Shown: in pieces, positions 1-7,020 of the stretch | How positions within the stretch are numbered: the stretch's first letter is position 1 | How the letters are laid out: each line of letters opens with the position of its first letter | Source: Candidatus Bathyarchaeia archaeon | Lineage (GTDB): Archaea; Thermoproteota; Bathyarchaeia; Bathyarchaeales; Bathycorpusculaceae | DNA: 17,501 bases | Reading direction: 5' to 3' | NCBI GenBank assembly: GCA_050015395.1 | Contig: JBEKBM010000036.1 | Coordinates: 1-17,501 of the forward strand | Translations under genes and position numbers: made by a program | Notes under the pieces: generated by a model | What the model was told of the DNA's origin: nothing | The model's input: only the letters and a program-made list of their open reading frames with translations | Database searches by the model: none

Positions 1-207
1 TGAAAAGCACCGTTCTGCATGCAAAGTGCGCGGTCTTCGCTCTATGCACATCTATGTTGAATCATATTTGAAGCATATTAGAAGCATCTAGTAGACCGGG
101 TAGGTAGGCTGAGCACACACAAATACCTAAGACAAAAAACGAGAGCTAAATACATACTAAATTTAATAGGGCGACGCGGTTATTGGGATTCTGTTTGTGT
201 ATTAGCT

Positions 208-2340
208 ATGCCGAGATTCAAGCAGATAGCGCAGATTCAACAGCTCATGAGTAGAAAAGAGCTTATTCGAAACATAGGCGTAATCGCCCATATTGACCAT
301 GGCAAAACCACACTTGCCGATTCCTTGTTGGCAGGGGCAGGTTTATTGTCGCCTGCAATGGCTGGTTCCGCGAGGGTGCTGGATTATCTTGAGGAAGAGC
401 AGAAACGCAAGATTACCATTAAAACAGCTAACATCAGCCTGCTCTACAAAACCGCGAGCACTCCATACATAATCAACCTTGTTGACACTCCGGGGCACGT
501 GGATTTCACAGGCAAAGTCACCAGAGCCTTGCGGGTTATTGATGGTGCGGTGGTGGTTGTGGATGCTGTGGAGGAGATTATGGCTCAGACTGAAATTGTC
601 ACGCGGCAAGCGCTTGCGGAACGGGTCAGGCCTGTGCTTTTCATTAACAAGGTTGATCGCTTAATTACTGAGTTGCAACTGAACGAGGAGCAAATCCAAA
701 AGAAGCTTGACCACATAATCAGCAGTTTCAATGACCTCATAGAACTTTACGGTGAAGAGCCCTTGAAGAGTCAATGGAAAGTTGATGCTTCATTTGGCAA
801 TGTGGCTTTTGGAGCAGCTCTGCATGGTTGGGGCTTCACTTTAAATATGGCAAAGGAGAAGGGCGTAAAGTTTTCAGACATCATAGAAGCCTACATGAAA
901 GGCGAAGATAAAAAGCTGGGGAAAACGTTGCCTGTTTACGAAGCGGTTTTTGAGATGGCAATCAAGAAGCTTCCAAATCCAAGGGAAGCGCAAACGTATA
1001 GGCTAGAGAAGATTTGGGACGGCCATGTCGACTCACCGATTGGACAGGCATTAGTTGAATGTAGCGATGATGGACCAACTGTTTTCTGCGTAGCCAACGT
1101 ACATTCTGACTCGAACGGCGGCACAGTTGCCACAGGAAGATTGTTTTCGGGCAAAGTTCAGAAGGGTGATAGGTTGCATCTTGTGGATGCTTTAGCTGAA
1201 ACAGTTGTTAACCAAGTCGCTATTGATATGGGCTCATTCAGAGAAGAAGTCAGCTGGGTTCCAGCGGGTAACTTAGCATCTTTAACTCTGACAGGTGAGG
1301 TTAAGGCTGGCGAAACCCTCGTTGACCTTGCGCATAAAGCCGGCATGGTTCCTTTTGAAGGCATAAGCTACGTTTCAGAACCCGTGGTAACCTTGGCAAT
1401 TGAACCAAAAAAACCCAATGATATCCCAGTTTTGCTTGAGGGACTGAAGAAGCTTGCAAGTGAAGACCCAAATCTTAAAGTGGCGGCGGATAGGGAAACT
1501 GGCGAATACCTGCTAAGCGGGATGGGTGAATTGCATCTAGAAGTCGCTATTAACCAGCTAAAAAGTTCCTGCGGCTTAGAGGTTGGGGTTTCTTCGCCTA
1601 GAGTTGTTTACATGGAAAGCGTTGAGAAAAAAGGAATTGTTGCTTTGGCGAAGAGTCCAAATAAACTGAATAGTTTTTGGGTGCAGGTTGAGGCAGAGCA
1701 AGAGGAACAAGCAAAATCACGTGTGGCTGAAGCGTCAGGCGGTATTCTTTCAGTTGATGAGCATCGAAACGTGCTTTTAGATTGCAGCGGAAAAACTCAG
1801 CAAGTTCCTGAAGAGGTTTTGGAAGCTATTATTGCTGGGTTTGAGTTTGCTTGCAAAGCGGGACCGCTGTGTGGTGAACCAGTGCGGCATTTGAAAGTTA
1901 ACTTGGTCGATTTCCAACTAAGCAACAGCGAAGAATTTAGTTCTGTTGAGGTTATGCGCGGAGTGGGTAAGGCAGTTTTCGGTTCTTTCTTGGCAGCTGA
2001 CCCAGTTCTGCTAGAGCCTATTTACAAAATAATTATCACTGTTGCATTCGAATTAGCAGGCGAATCCTCAAGAATGCTAAACAGCAGGCGCGGAAAAGTC
2101 ACTTTATTTGAACAGAAAGGGCTTCTAACAACTATCAGCGGCTTTATCCCAGTCGCTGAAACCTTCGGCTTCTCAAAGGAGCTTCGGTCTGCCACTTCGG
2201 GTAGGGCTTTTTGGCAAATGCTTTTTGATCATTGGGAAAAGATGCCTCAAAAATTAGCTTTGCAGGTTATAAGTGATTTACGCCAGCACAAAGGTCTGTC
2301 GCCAGAGGTGCCTAAGCCAGAAAAGTTCATGGAGCAGTAG
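208..2340 (+). CDS. Elongation factor 2 paralog (aEF-2p-like translational GTPase) lacking the diphthamide motif
   Basis: 710 aa. G1 AHIDHGKTT, G3 DTPGH, G4 NKVD, domain III LSGMGELHLE, domain V LLEP...RRG...ETFGF..ELRSATSGRAFW. The HxDxxHRG loop is replaced by LSNSEEFSSVE. Confidence 0.92.
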   Translation: MPRFKQIAQIQQLMSRKELIRNIGVIAHIDHGKTTLADSLLAGAGLLSPAMAGSARVLDYLEEEQKRKITIKTANISLLYKTASTPYIINLVDTPGHVDFTGKVTRALRVIDGAVVVVDAVEEIMAQTEIVTRQALAERVRPVLFINKVDRLITELQLNEEQIQKKLDHIISSFNDLIELYGEEPLKSQWKVDASFGNVAFGAALHGWGFTLNMAKEKGVKFSDIIEAYMKGEDKKLGKTLPVYEAVFEMAIKKLPNPREAQTYRLEKIWDGHVDSPIGQALVECSDDGPTVFCVANVHSDSNGGTVATGRLFSGKVQKGDRLHLVDALAETVVNQVAIDMGSFREEVSWVPAGNLASLTLTGEVKAGETLVDLAHKAGMVPFEGISYVSEPVVTLAIEPKKPNDIPVLLEGLKKLASEDPNLKVAADRETGEYLLSGMGELHLEVAINQLKSSCGLEVGVSSPRVVYMESVEKKGIVALAKSPNKLNSFWVQVEAEQEEQAKSRVAEASGGILSVDEHRNVLLDCSGKTQQVPEEVLEAIIAGFEFACKAGPLCGEPVRHLKVNLVDFQLSNSEEFSSVEVMRGVGKAVFGSFLAADPVLLEPIYKIIITVAFELAGESSRMLNSRRGKVTLFEQKGLLTTISGFIPVAETFGFSKELRSATSGRAFWQMLFDHWEKMPQKLALQVISDLRQHKGLSPEVPKPEKFMEQ

Positions 2341-2345
2341 CAGCG

Positions 2346-3206
2346 ATGCGGCTGGATGTTGCGTTTGATTTGGATTTTTCGCTTTGTTGTGGACAGGTTT
2401 TTAGGTGGAAGAAAATCGGTGAATGGTGGTATGGCGTTGTTGGCGAGAGCGTGTTTAAGATTCGACAATGTGGCTCTGAATTGGAGTTTGATAATGTCAG
2501 CTACGAGTTTGTGCGATGTTATTTTGGTTTGAATGATGATTTAGAACAAATCAGCCGTTGCATTGGCAGGGACGATTACGTTAGGAAGGCTTTGCGCCGG
2601 TTTGAGGGGTTACGGATTGTTAGGCAGGAGCCTTGGGAGTGCCTCATCAGCTTTATCTGCGCAACCTACAAGAGCATAGCAGCAATAGAACTAATGCTAA
2701 GTAAGCTTTCCAAAAAGTTTGGCGAAAAGAAGACCTTTGACGGATTAGATTTTTACACCTTTCCAACCGTGGGTAAGCTGGCTTTTGCAAGCGAGAACGC
2801 TTTGCGCGAGTGTGGTTTGGGTTATAGGGCTAAGTATGTGCAGGCAGCAGCCAAAAAAATCTACGAAGAAAAAATTGAACTTGAAAGCTTGAAGACCCTG
2901 CCTTATCTCGAAGCTAGGAAAATGCTTATCGAGTTTCCAGGGGTTGGCTTAAAAGTGGCTGATTGCGTGCTGCTGTTTTCGCTTGAAAAACTGGAAGCTT
3001 TCCCAGTGGACGTTTGGATTAAACGAGTAATCCTAAACCATTATGCAAACCAGTTGCCAGAATCGTTGGTAAAGAAACTGTCCACCCATGACTCCTTAAG
3101 CAACAGTGAATACGAAAAGCTCAACGCTTTCGGCAGAAGCTACTTTGGAAAATACGCTGGTTACGCTCAAGAATACCTATACCACTTCGAAAGAACACAG
3201 CGTTGA
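2346..3206 (+). CDS. ogg1: 8-oxoguanine DNA glycosylase/AP lyase, Ogg1-type (OGG_N plus HhH-GPD)
   Basis: N-terminal SLCCGQVFRW, GLRIVRQEPWECLISFIC, GLGYRAKY, HhH FPGVGLKVADC (catalytic Lys), PVDVW (catalytic Asp), C-terminal YAGYAQEYLY. Starts 5 nt after the EF-2 paralog stop; GGAG at 2331-2334. Confidence 0.92.
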   Translation: MRLDVAFDLDFSLCCGQVFRWKKIGEWWYGVVGESVFKIRQCGSELEFDNVSYEFVRCYFGLNDDLEQISRCIGRDDYVRKALRRFEGLRIVRQEPWECLISFICATYKSIAAIELMLSKLSKKFGEKKTFDGLDFYTFPTVGKLAFASENALRECGLGYRAKYVQAAAKKIYEEKIELESLKTLPYLEARKMLIEFPGVGLKVADCVLLFSLEKLEAFPVDVWIKRVILNHYANQLPESLVKKLSTHDSLSNSEYEKLNAFGRSYFGKYAGYAQEYLYHFERTQR

Positions 3207-3240
3207 ACCGTTCAGTTTAGTAGCGAAAATGCGGAAAATG

Positions 3241-3248
3241 TTTAAATC
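3241..3248 (+). promoter_or_regulatory. Candidate TATA box for the tRNA gene
   Basis: TTTAAATC preceded by purine-rich GGAAAATG (BRE-like), about 40 nt upstream of the mature tRNA 5' end. Confidence 0.5.
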
Positions 3249-3286
3249 TGGTATGAAACAGCAATATTAAAAGAGAATGGCATAGT

Positions 3287-3383
3287 GGACCCGTAGCTCA
3301 GTCCGGTTAGAGCGCCAGGCTCATAAGCCTCCATTTGAGGCGGAGAAACCTGTTGATCGCCGGTCCGAATCCGGCCGGGTCCA
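3287..3383 (+). tRNA. tRNA with CAT anticodon and a canonical 37/38 intron; most likely tRNA-Ile2(CAU), alternatively elongator Met
   Basis: Acceptor stem GGACCCG/CGGGTCC (7/7), D stem GCTC/GAGC, anticodon stem CCAGG/CCTGT, CAT at 3322-3324, T stem GCCGG/CCGGC, discriminator A3383, CCA not encoded. G1-C72 excludes the initiator. GGxCCC start with C4-G69 resembles archaeal Ile tRNAs rather than GCC-starting elongator Met. Confidence 0.93.
3326..3347 (+). other. 22-nt tRNA intron in a bulge-helix-bulge motif
   Basis: Bulges TAA (3324-3326) and AAA (3346-3348) flank the central helix CTCA/GGAG (one A.G mismatch). Inner hairpin GCCTC-CATTT-GAGGC. Confidence 0.88.
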
Positions 3384-3418
3384 CTGCAATTAAATACTCA
3401 TATAGAGAGCTATTGTGC

Positions 3419-3943
3419 ATGGATGAAGCTAACTCTGGTCAAACAAATCCCGTTTACCAGATGGCTAATTTTGTCAAAGAGCATCAATTGATAATCGGTT
3501 TGTTGCTGATATTCTTCGGTGTAGCTGACTTATGGTTTATTACGCCAAATATGTTATGCTGTTTTACTTAATTGGCATGTTGCTCGGCAGGTTTTCAGTT
3601 TTTATATGCCAGAGTGGATTTTTACTATTCCCGTTCTTCTAATTATTAGCTTGATTGGAACCTTAATGTTATGCGTTTACAGTATAAGGGACATACGACC
3701 GGAAAGAGTTGACAATAAAGAACACGCCGCAATACTAGTAACAGTACTCGGATTTACCTATCAAGTGATTGGGCGTGGCATCTATTTAATCAACCATATC
3801 CATGGCCGTGGCAGGCAGAAATCGCAACCTACGGGAATTTGCTTGTCTTCCCGCTTTTTATCGGTAGCCTCTTAGCGCTAATAATCGGAGCCGCCTCACT
3901 ATTCATTCACAGCAAAATATATCATGAAAAACACCCTGTATAA
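3419..3943 (+). pseudogene. Multi-pass membrane protein (about 174 aa) broken by two frameshifts
   Basis: MDEANSGQ...LWFITPNM, then +1 shift near 3552-3556 to YAVLLNWHVARQVFSFYMPEWIF...GFTYQVIG, then -1 shift at GGG 3771-3773 to AWHLFNQPYPWPWQAEIATYGNLLVFPLFIGSLLALIIGAASLFIHSKIYHEKHPV*. The joined product has about four hydrophobic helices. Confidence 0.75.
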
Positions 3944-3944
3944 T

Positions 3945-3973
3945 CTCGCTTCTTGTGGTGTGCGAGCTTTTTT
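3945..3973 (+). terminator. Possible terminator (weak hairpin plus T6)
   Basis: CTCGC...GCGAG followed by CTTTTTT immediately after the TAA at 3941-3943. Confidence 0.4.
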
Positions 3974-3981
3974 GTAGTTCG

Positions 3982-4001
3982 TGTTTTGGATTGCTTTTTT
4001 G
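3982..4001 (+). repeat. Dispersed 20-bp intergenic repeat, copy 1
   Basis: TGTTTTGGATTGCTTTTTTG, 19/20 identical to 16111-16130. Confidence 0.7.
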
Positions 4002-4040
4002 GGTTGGGATTTGCGGGGTGGGTAGATCACGTTTTTTTTC

Positions 4041-4100
4041 CGTTCTTTCCCGTTGAATCCCGTTCTTTTCCGTGCTTTCCTGTTCCTTTTTGTTCATTTT
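4041..4100. repeat. Degenerate 10-bp tandem repeat, six units
   Basis: CGTTCTTTCC / CGTTGAATCC / CGTTCTTTTC / CGTGCTTTCC / TGTTCCTTTT / TGTTCATTTT. Confidence 0.8.
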
Positions 4101-4138
4101 TGACCTGTTGCTACCTTTTTTCCGGGACTGTTGGCCGC

Positions 4139-4146
4139 TTTAAATG
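4139..4146 (+). promoter_or_regulatory. Candidate TATA box with no long ORF downstream
   Basis: TTTAAATG, similar to the boxes ahead of radA, the cupin gene and the tRNA. Confidence 0.4.
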
Positions 4147-4267
4147 CTTAAGAATACTGGTTGAAAGCGGAGTTTGCATGCAGTTAACTGAAAGGTTAGC
4201 TGTTTAAATTATCAATGGGCGAAGATTCCGAAATTGCGCTGGCAAAGCCGCTGAAATGGCCAAATTC

Positions 4268-4295
4268 CAAAAATTTTTGTACAAAAAACTTTGTA
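4268..4295. repeat. Tandem and overlapping palindromes
   Basis: CAAAAATTTTTG (4268-4279) and TTTTTGTACAAAAA (4274-4287) are perfect palindromes; the stretch is also a 14-bp direct repeat (12/14). Confidence 0.65.
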
Positions 4296-4365
4296 AGTAA
4301 AATATTTAGTGGAGATCTGTTTTTTTCTTTGCTTAATGCTCGTTAGGGAATGCCCTTAGTCTCTG

Positions 4366-4509
4366 CTACGAGTCATTGGGTTTAACTTTGACTATTGGAG
4401 CAACTTTCATTATGGGGTTGCCTTCAGCGTCATACTCAACGGAAAGACCGTAATGCGTCTGCATGCGTAATACTAACTCAACTGCATCAAGAACCTCTTT
4501 GTTACCCAT
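4366..4509 (-). CDS. Small hypothetical protein, 47 aa (not in the ORF track)
   Basis: MGNKEVLDAVELVLRMQTHYGLSVEYDAEGNPIMKVAPIVKVKPNDS*. ATG is 5 nt after the upstream stop, with the SD-like GGAGTGA overlapping that stop. Confidence 0.7.
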   Translation of the reverse strand: MGNKEVLDAVELVLRMQTHYGLSVEYDAEGNPIMKVAPIVKVKPNDS

Positions 4510-4514
4510 CTATG

Positions 4515-4979
4515 TCACTCCAGTTCAGGATGTCTTGGGTTAAGTTTCCTGTAAAGCAGTAACCCTTCAATTAGGAAAAGAATCATTGCTACCCCAGTAA
4601 TGCCTGTTAAGAAAAGAAAACTAACCTGAATCACAATATCTTTTATTAGATAGCTTAACAGTATAATTGCTATCTCGGCTGCGAAAGCGCCTAGAAAAAA
4701 GAAGGAGTAGAACATCAATCGTGGTACGAGGTTTCGGCCAACCCACACGTGCCCGTTGATGTTTGTCTTCTCCTTTAAGATGTAGTCGCCATAACTGTTT
4801 CTTTCGATTAAACCCATGTCCTCAAGTTTCTGCAAGTGCCTGTATGCGACGCTTGTGCTGCTTAGGTTTGCGCCTCTGGTGACGTCTCTTGTTCCCACTG
4901 GCTTTGCGTTGTGAACTATGTACGCGTAGACGGTTAATGTGTTGCCTTCGAGTTCGTCGTTAGCCAAGATGTGCAACAA
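4515..4979 (-). CDS. Winged helix-turn-helix regulator with two C-terminal transmembrane helices
   Basis: LEGNTLTVYAYI..PVGTRDV..LSSTSVAYRHLQKLEDMGLIER (wHTH with a LexA-N-like recognition helix), then two hydrophobic segments. True start may be TTG at 4967. Confidence 0.85.
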   Translation of the reverse strand: MLHILANDELEGNTLTVYAYIVHNAKPVGTRDVTRGANLSSTSVAYRHLQKLEDMGLIERNSYGDYILKEKTNINGHVWVGRNLVPRLMFYSFFFLGAFAAEIAIILLSYLIKDIVIQVSFLFLTGITGVAMILFLIEGLLLYRKLNPRHPELE

Positions 4980-4988
4980 CCTGTGATT

Positions 4989-5804
4989 CTACGGTGTCTC
5001 AATTGGGAATGGTACGGTTCCCTGAGTATAGGTTCCATATACAAATCCGTTGCCTGCTTTTGTTAGCACTATGTGTTGCAGGACTTGGTTGCTTTCTAAA
5101 GTTGTTGTTGTGGCTGTAGTGCTGTTGCCCTCGTATGAGACCGAGCATATCCTGCTCACATCAATGTATAGGGTTTGAGCCGCTCTAAGTTCAGTGAAGG
5201 CTTGCGATGCACTATTTCCATTGTAGCTGACTATGTAGTCGCTTACAACTGCTGTGGTGTAGTTTTGAAGAGGTAGTATGCCAGGCGTATTGTCTGTATT
5301 GTATAAAACTGTGCCACCGCCGCAATCGCTGTTTCCACAAATGTTATTGCCATTGTAAGTGGTTCCATCTGCAAAGTAAAATGTGTTATCTCCAGATCCA
5401 GTGATAGCAAGATAACAGCCGCCTGGAATTCCGGTAACGTTTAGTTCTTCTCTGGATACTGCGACACTGTAAGTTATGTTTACAATTGGTCCTTGGTCAG
5501 AAGAGACTTGGAATTGGTAGAACTCTATTCGGGCATCTGCATTCTTAAGGTTGATGGCGGCAGGAGTCAAAGTGAAGTTTGCGATTGCTTGAATCATAGC
5601 GCCTTCCCTTGTCATTGTGCTGTTTCCGCCGCTTTGGTCGAGGTTGACGTAGGCGTAGGGGACATTGACGTTAAACCATGGCGTGAACGTCGTTTGAGCG
5701 TTTGCTTGAGTTTGAGCAGCCATAAAGTATTCTAATGGTACGATTGTTGCTATTCCAATTGCTATGGCGAGTATTCCGCATAGGATTAGTTTTTTCTCAA
5801 TCAT
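4989..5804 (-). CDS. Secreted or membrane-anchored surface glycoprotein, unknown function (271 aa)
   Basis: Start moved from 5894 to ATG 5804 (GTGGTG upstream). MIEKK plus hydrophobic signal/anchor; N/T/S/G-rich; six N-x-S/T sequons; Thr run. Confidence 0.8.
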   Translation of the reverse strand: MIEKKLILCGILAIAIGIATIVPLEYFMAAQTQANAQTTFTPWFNVNVPYAYVNLDQSGGNSTMTREGAMIQAIANFTLTPAAINLKNADARIEFYQFQVSSDQGPIVNITYSVAVSREELNVTGIPGGCYLAITGSGDNTFYFADGTTYNGNNICGNSDCGGGTVLYNTDNTPGILPLQNYTTAVVSDYIVSYNGNSASQAFTELRAAQTLYIDVSRICSVSYEGNSTTATTTTLESNQVLQHIVLTKAGNGFVYGTYTQGTVPFPIETP

Positions 5805-5915
5805 TGGTTTGTGCACCACTCTGTTAAGCGATAAAGCGCCTAATAATGCTCCCTCAAGAACAAAATTGTCCCAGACTGTTCTCAAAGAGAACACCCTGAG
5901 CAGTGAAAAAACGGT

Positions 5916-6398
5916 TTAAGTAGGGTTCAGTTTTTTAACTAATAAAGCGATGTTTCTGCCTAGCGTTTCGCATTCTGCAAGGTCTTTCTTCTTGGGAGCA
6001 CCCGTGACGGCGACACCATAGTGTTTATCGTCTGCTCTGCCTTGAACAATCATCCCGTGAATAAGCATCGCCTGCACAATGGAGAGCAACGTGGTTTCGC
6101 CGCCTGAGGCTGTTCCGCCGCTGTTTGTGAAGGCGCCACCAACTTTCCCTGTTAAATTTTTATGAACTTTCACTGACTCGTCAATGAGCGTTTTAAGCTT
6201 GGCGGACATTTGCCCAAAATACGTTGGCGACCCCATAATTATCCCGTCCGCAGCAAGGAGGTCGCTGTTTTTTGTTTCCTCAGCCCTCTTAACTGTAACC
6301 TCTAAGTCGCCTGCCATTTCAGCGCCTTTTGCCACAGCTAAAGCCATCGTTTCAGTGTTACCAGACTTTGAATCGAAAACAACCAAAATTTTCGGCAT
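5916..6398 (-). CDS. Flavodoxin / WrbA-like NAD(P)H-dependent oxidoreductase
   Basis: FMN loop SKSGNTETMA, ADGIIMGSPTYFG, GKVGGAFT, GGETTL. Confidence 0.9.
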   Translation of the reverse strand: MPKILVVFDSKSGNTETMALAVAKGAEMAGDLEVTVKRAEETKNSDLLAADGIIMGSPTYFGQMSAKLKTLIDESVKVHKNLTGKVGGAFTNSGGTASGGETTLLSIVQAMLIHGMIVQGRADDKHYGVAVTGAPKKKDLAECETLGRNIALLVKKLNPT

Positions 6399-6404
6399 AA
6401 ATTT

Positions 6405-6968
6405 TCACTTAACTATTTCCCTGATTATATCATTAACCATCATTATCTTAGCGTTGTAGACATATTCTAAGTATTTTAGTCCTTGCTCTTGGTCCTCTTG
6501 GGTGAATGCTTCTACGCCGTCTTTGGCGATTATTATGTGGTATCCTCTGAAGAAAGCGTCAGCAGCCGTATGTCGCACGCACATGTGCGTGTGTAAGCCG
6601 CCAAGCACCACGGTTTTTACGCCTTCGCCCTTGTAGAGGCTCCGCAGAAGCGAGTCTAAGCCTGTCTCGAAAAAGCCGCTGTAAGTGCGCTTCTCCACAA
6701 TGTAGTCTTTGCCTTCTTCAGGCTTAAGCTCAGGAATAACCTGTGCGCCAACTGTGCCTTTTATGGCGTGGTTGCCCCATTTCCGCGTCACCTCAACGTC
6801 TTGAGGGTAATGGGCGTCATTGCTGTAGATGACGGGCACGTCGTTTTTGCGTGCAGCCACAACAAGTCTCTGCAGCGGCGGAATAACTGTTTTGGCGCGT
6901 TTAACTTCTAAAGCTCCAGTGACGAAGTCGTTTAACATGTCAACGAGTATAATGGCGGGTTTATCCAA
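6405..6968 (-). CDS. Isochorismatase-family cysteine hydrolase (nicotinamidase-like)
   Basis: VDMLNDF, EKRTYSGF and THMCV give the Asp-Lys-Cys triad. Start probably TTG 6968 after GAGAGTGA (track start 6998). Confidence 0.88.
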   Translation of the reverse strand: MDKPAIILVDMLNDFVTGALEVKRAKTVIPPLQRLVVAARKNDVPVIYSNDAHYPQDVEVTRKWGNHAIKGTVGAQVIPELKPEEGKDYIVEKRTYSGFFETGLDSLLRSLYKGEGVKTVVLGGLHTHMCVRHTAADAFFRGYHIIIAKDGVEAFTQEDQEQGLKYLEYVYNAKIMMVNDIIREIVK

Positions 6969-7020
6969 ACATTCACTCTCAAACAAAAAAATAATCATGT
7001 CGCACTCTATTTAGTTTTCC

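Noticed and set aside
3335-3418. N-terminal part of track ORF 3335..3571
   Set aside because: It starts inside the tRNA intron and runs through the 3' exon; the plausible start is ATG 3419.
4041-4100. CRISPR array
   Set aside because: Units are 10 bp, degenerate and lack spacers; no cas genes are present.
3903-4207. Track ORFs 3903..4097 (-) and 3953..4207 (+)
   Set aside because: They are translations of low-complexity T-rich repeats with biased composition and no recognisable motifs.
4215-4262. c-di-GMP-I (GEMM) riboswitch resemblance (GGCGAA...GAAA...GCAAAGCC)
   Set aside because: The sequences flanking that GAAA do not pair, so the required stem is absent.
4333-4368. Pyrrolysine read-through of the TAG ending the 47-aa ORF
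   Set aside because: It would add only 10 residues, and there is no pyl evidence in the window.
3384-5900. Integrated element at the tRNA 3' end
   Set aside because: No integrase and no duplicated tRNA 3' end (att site) seen in the window.
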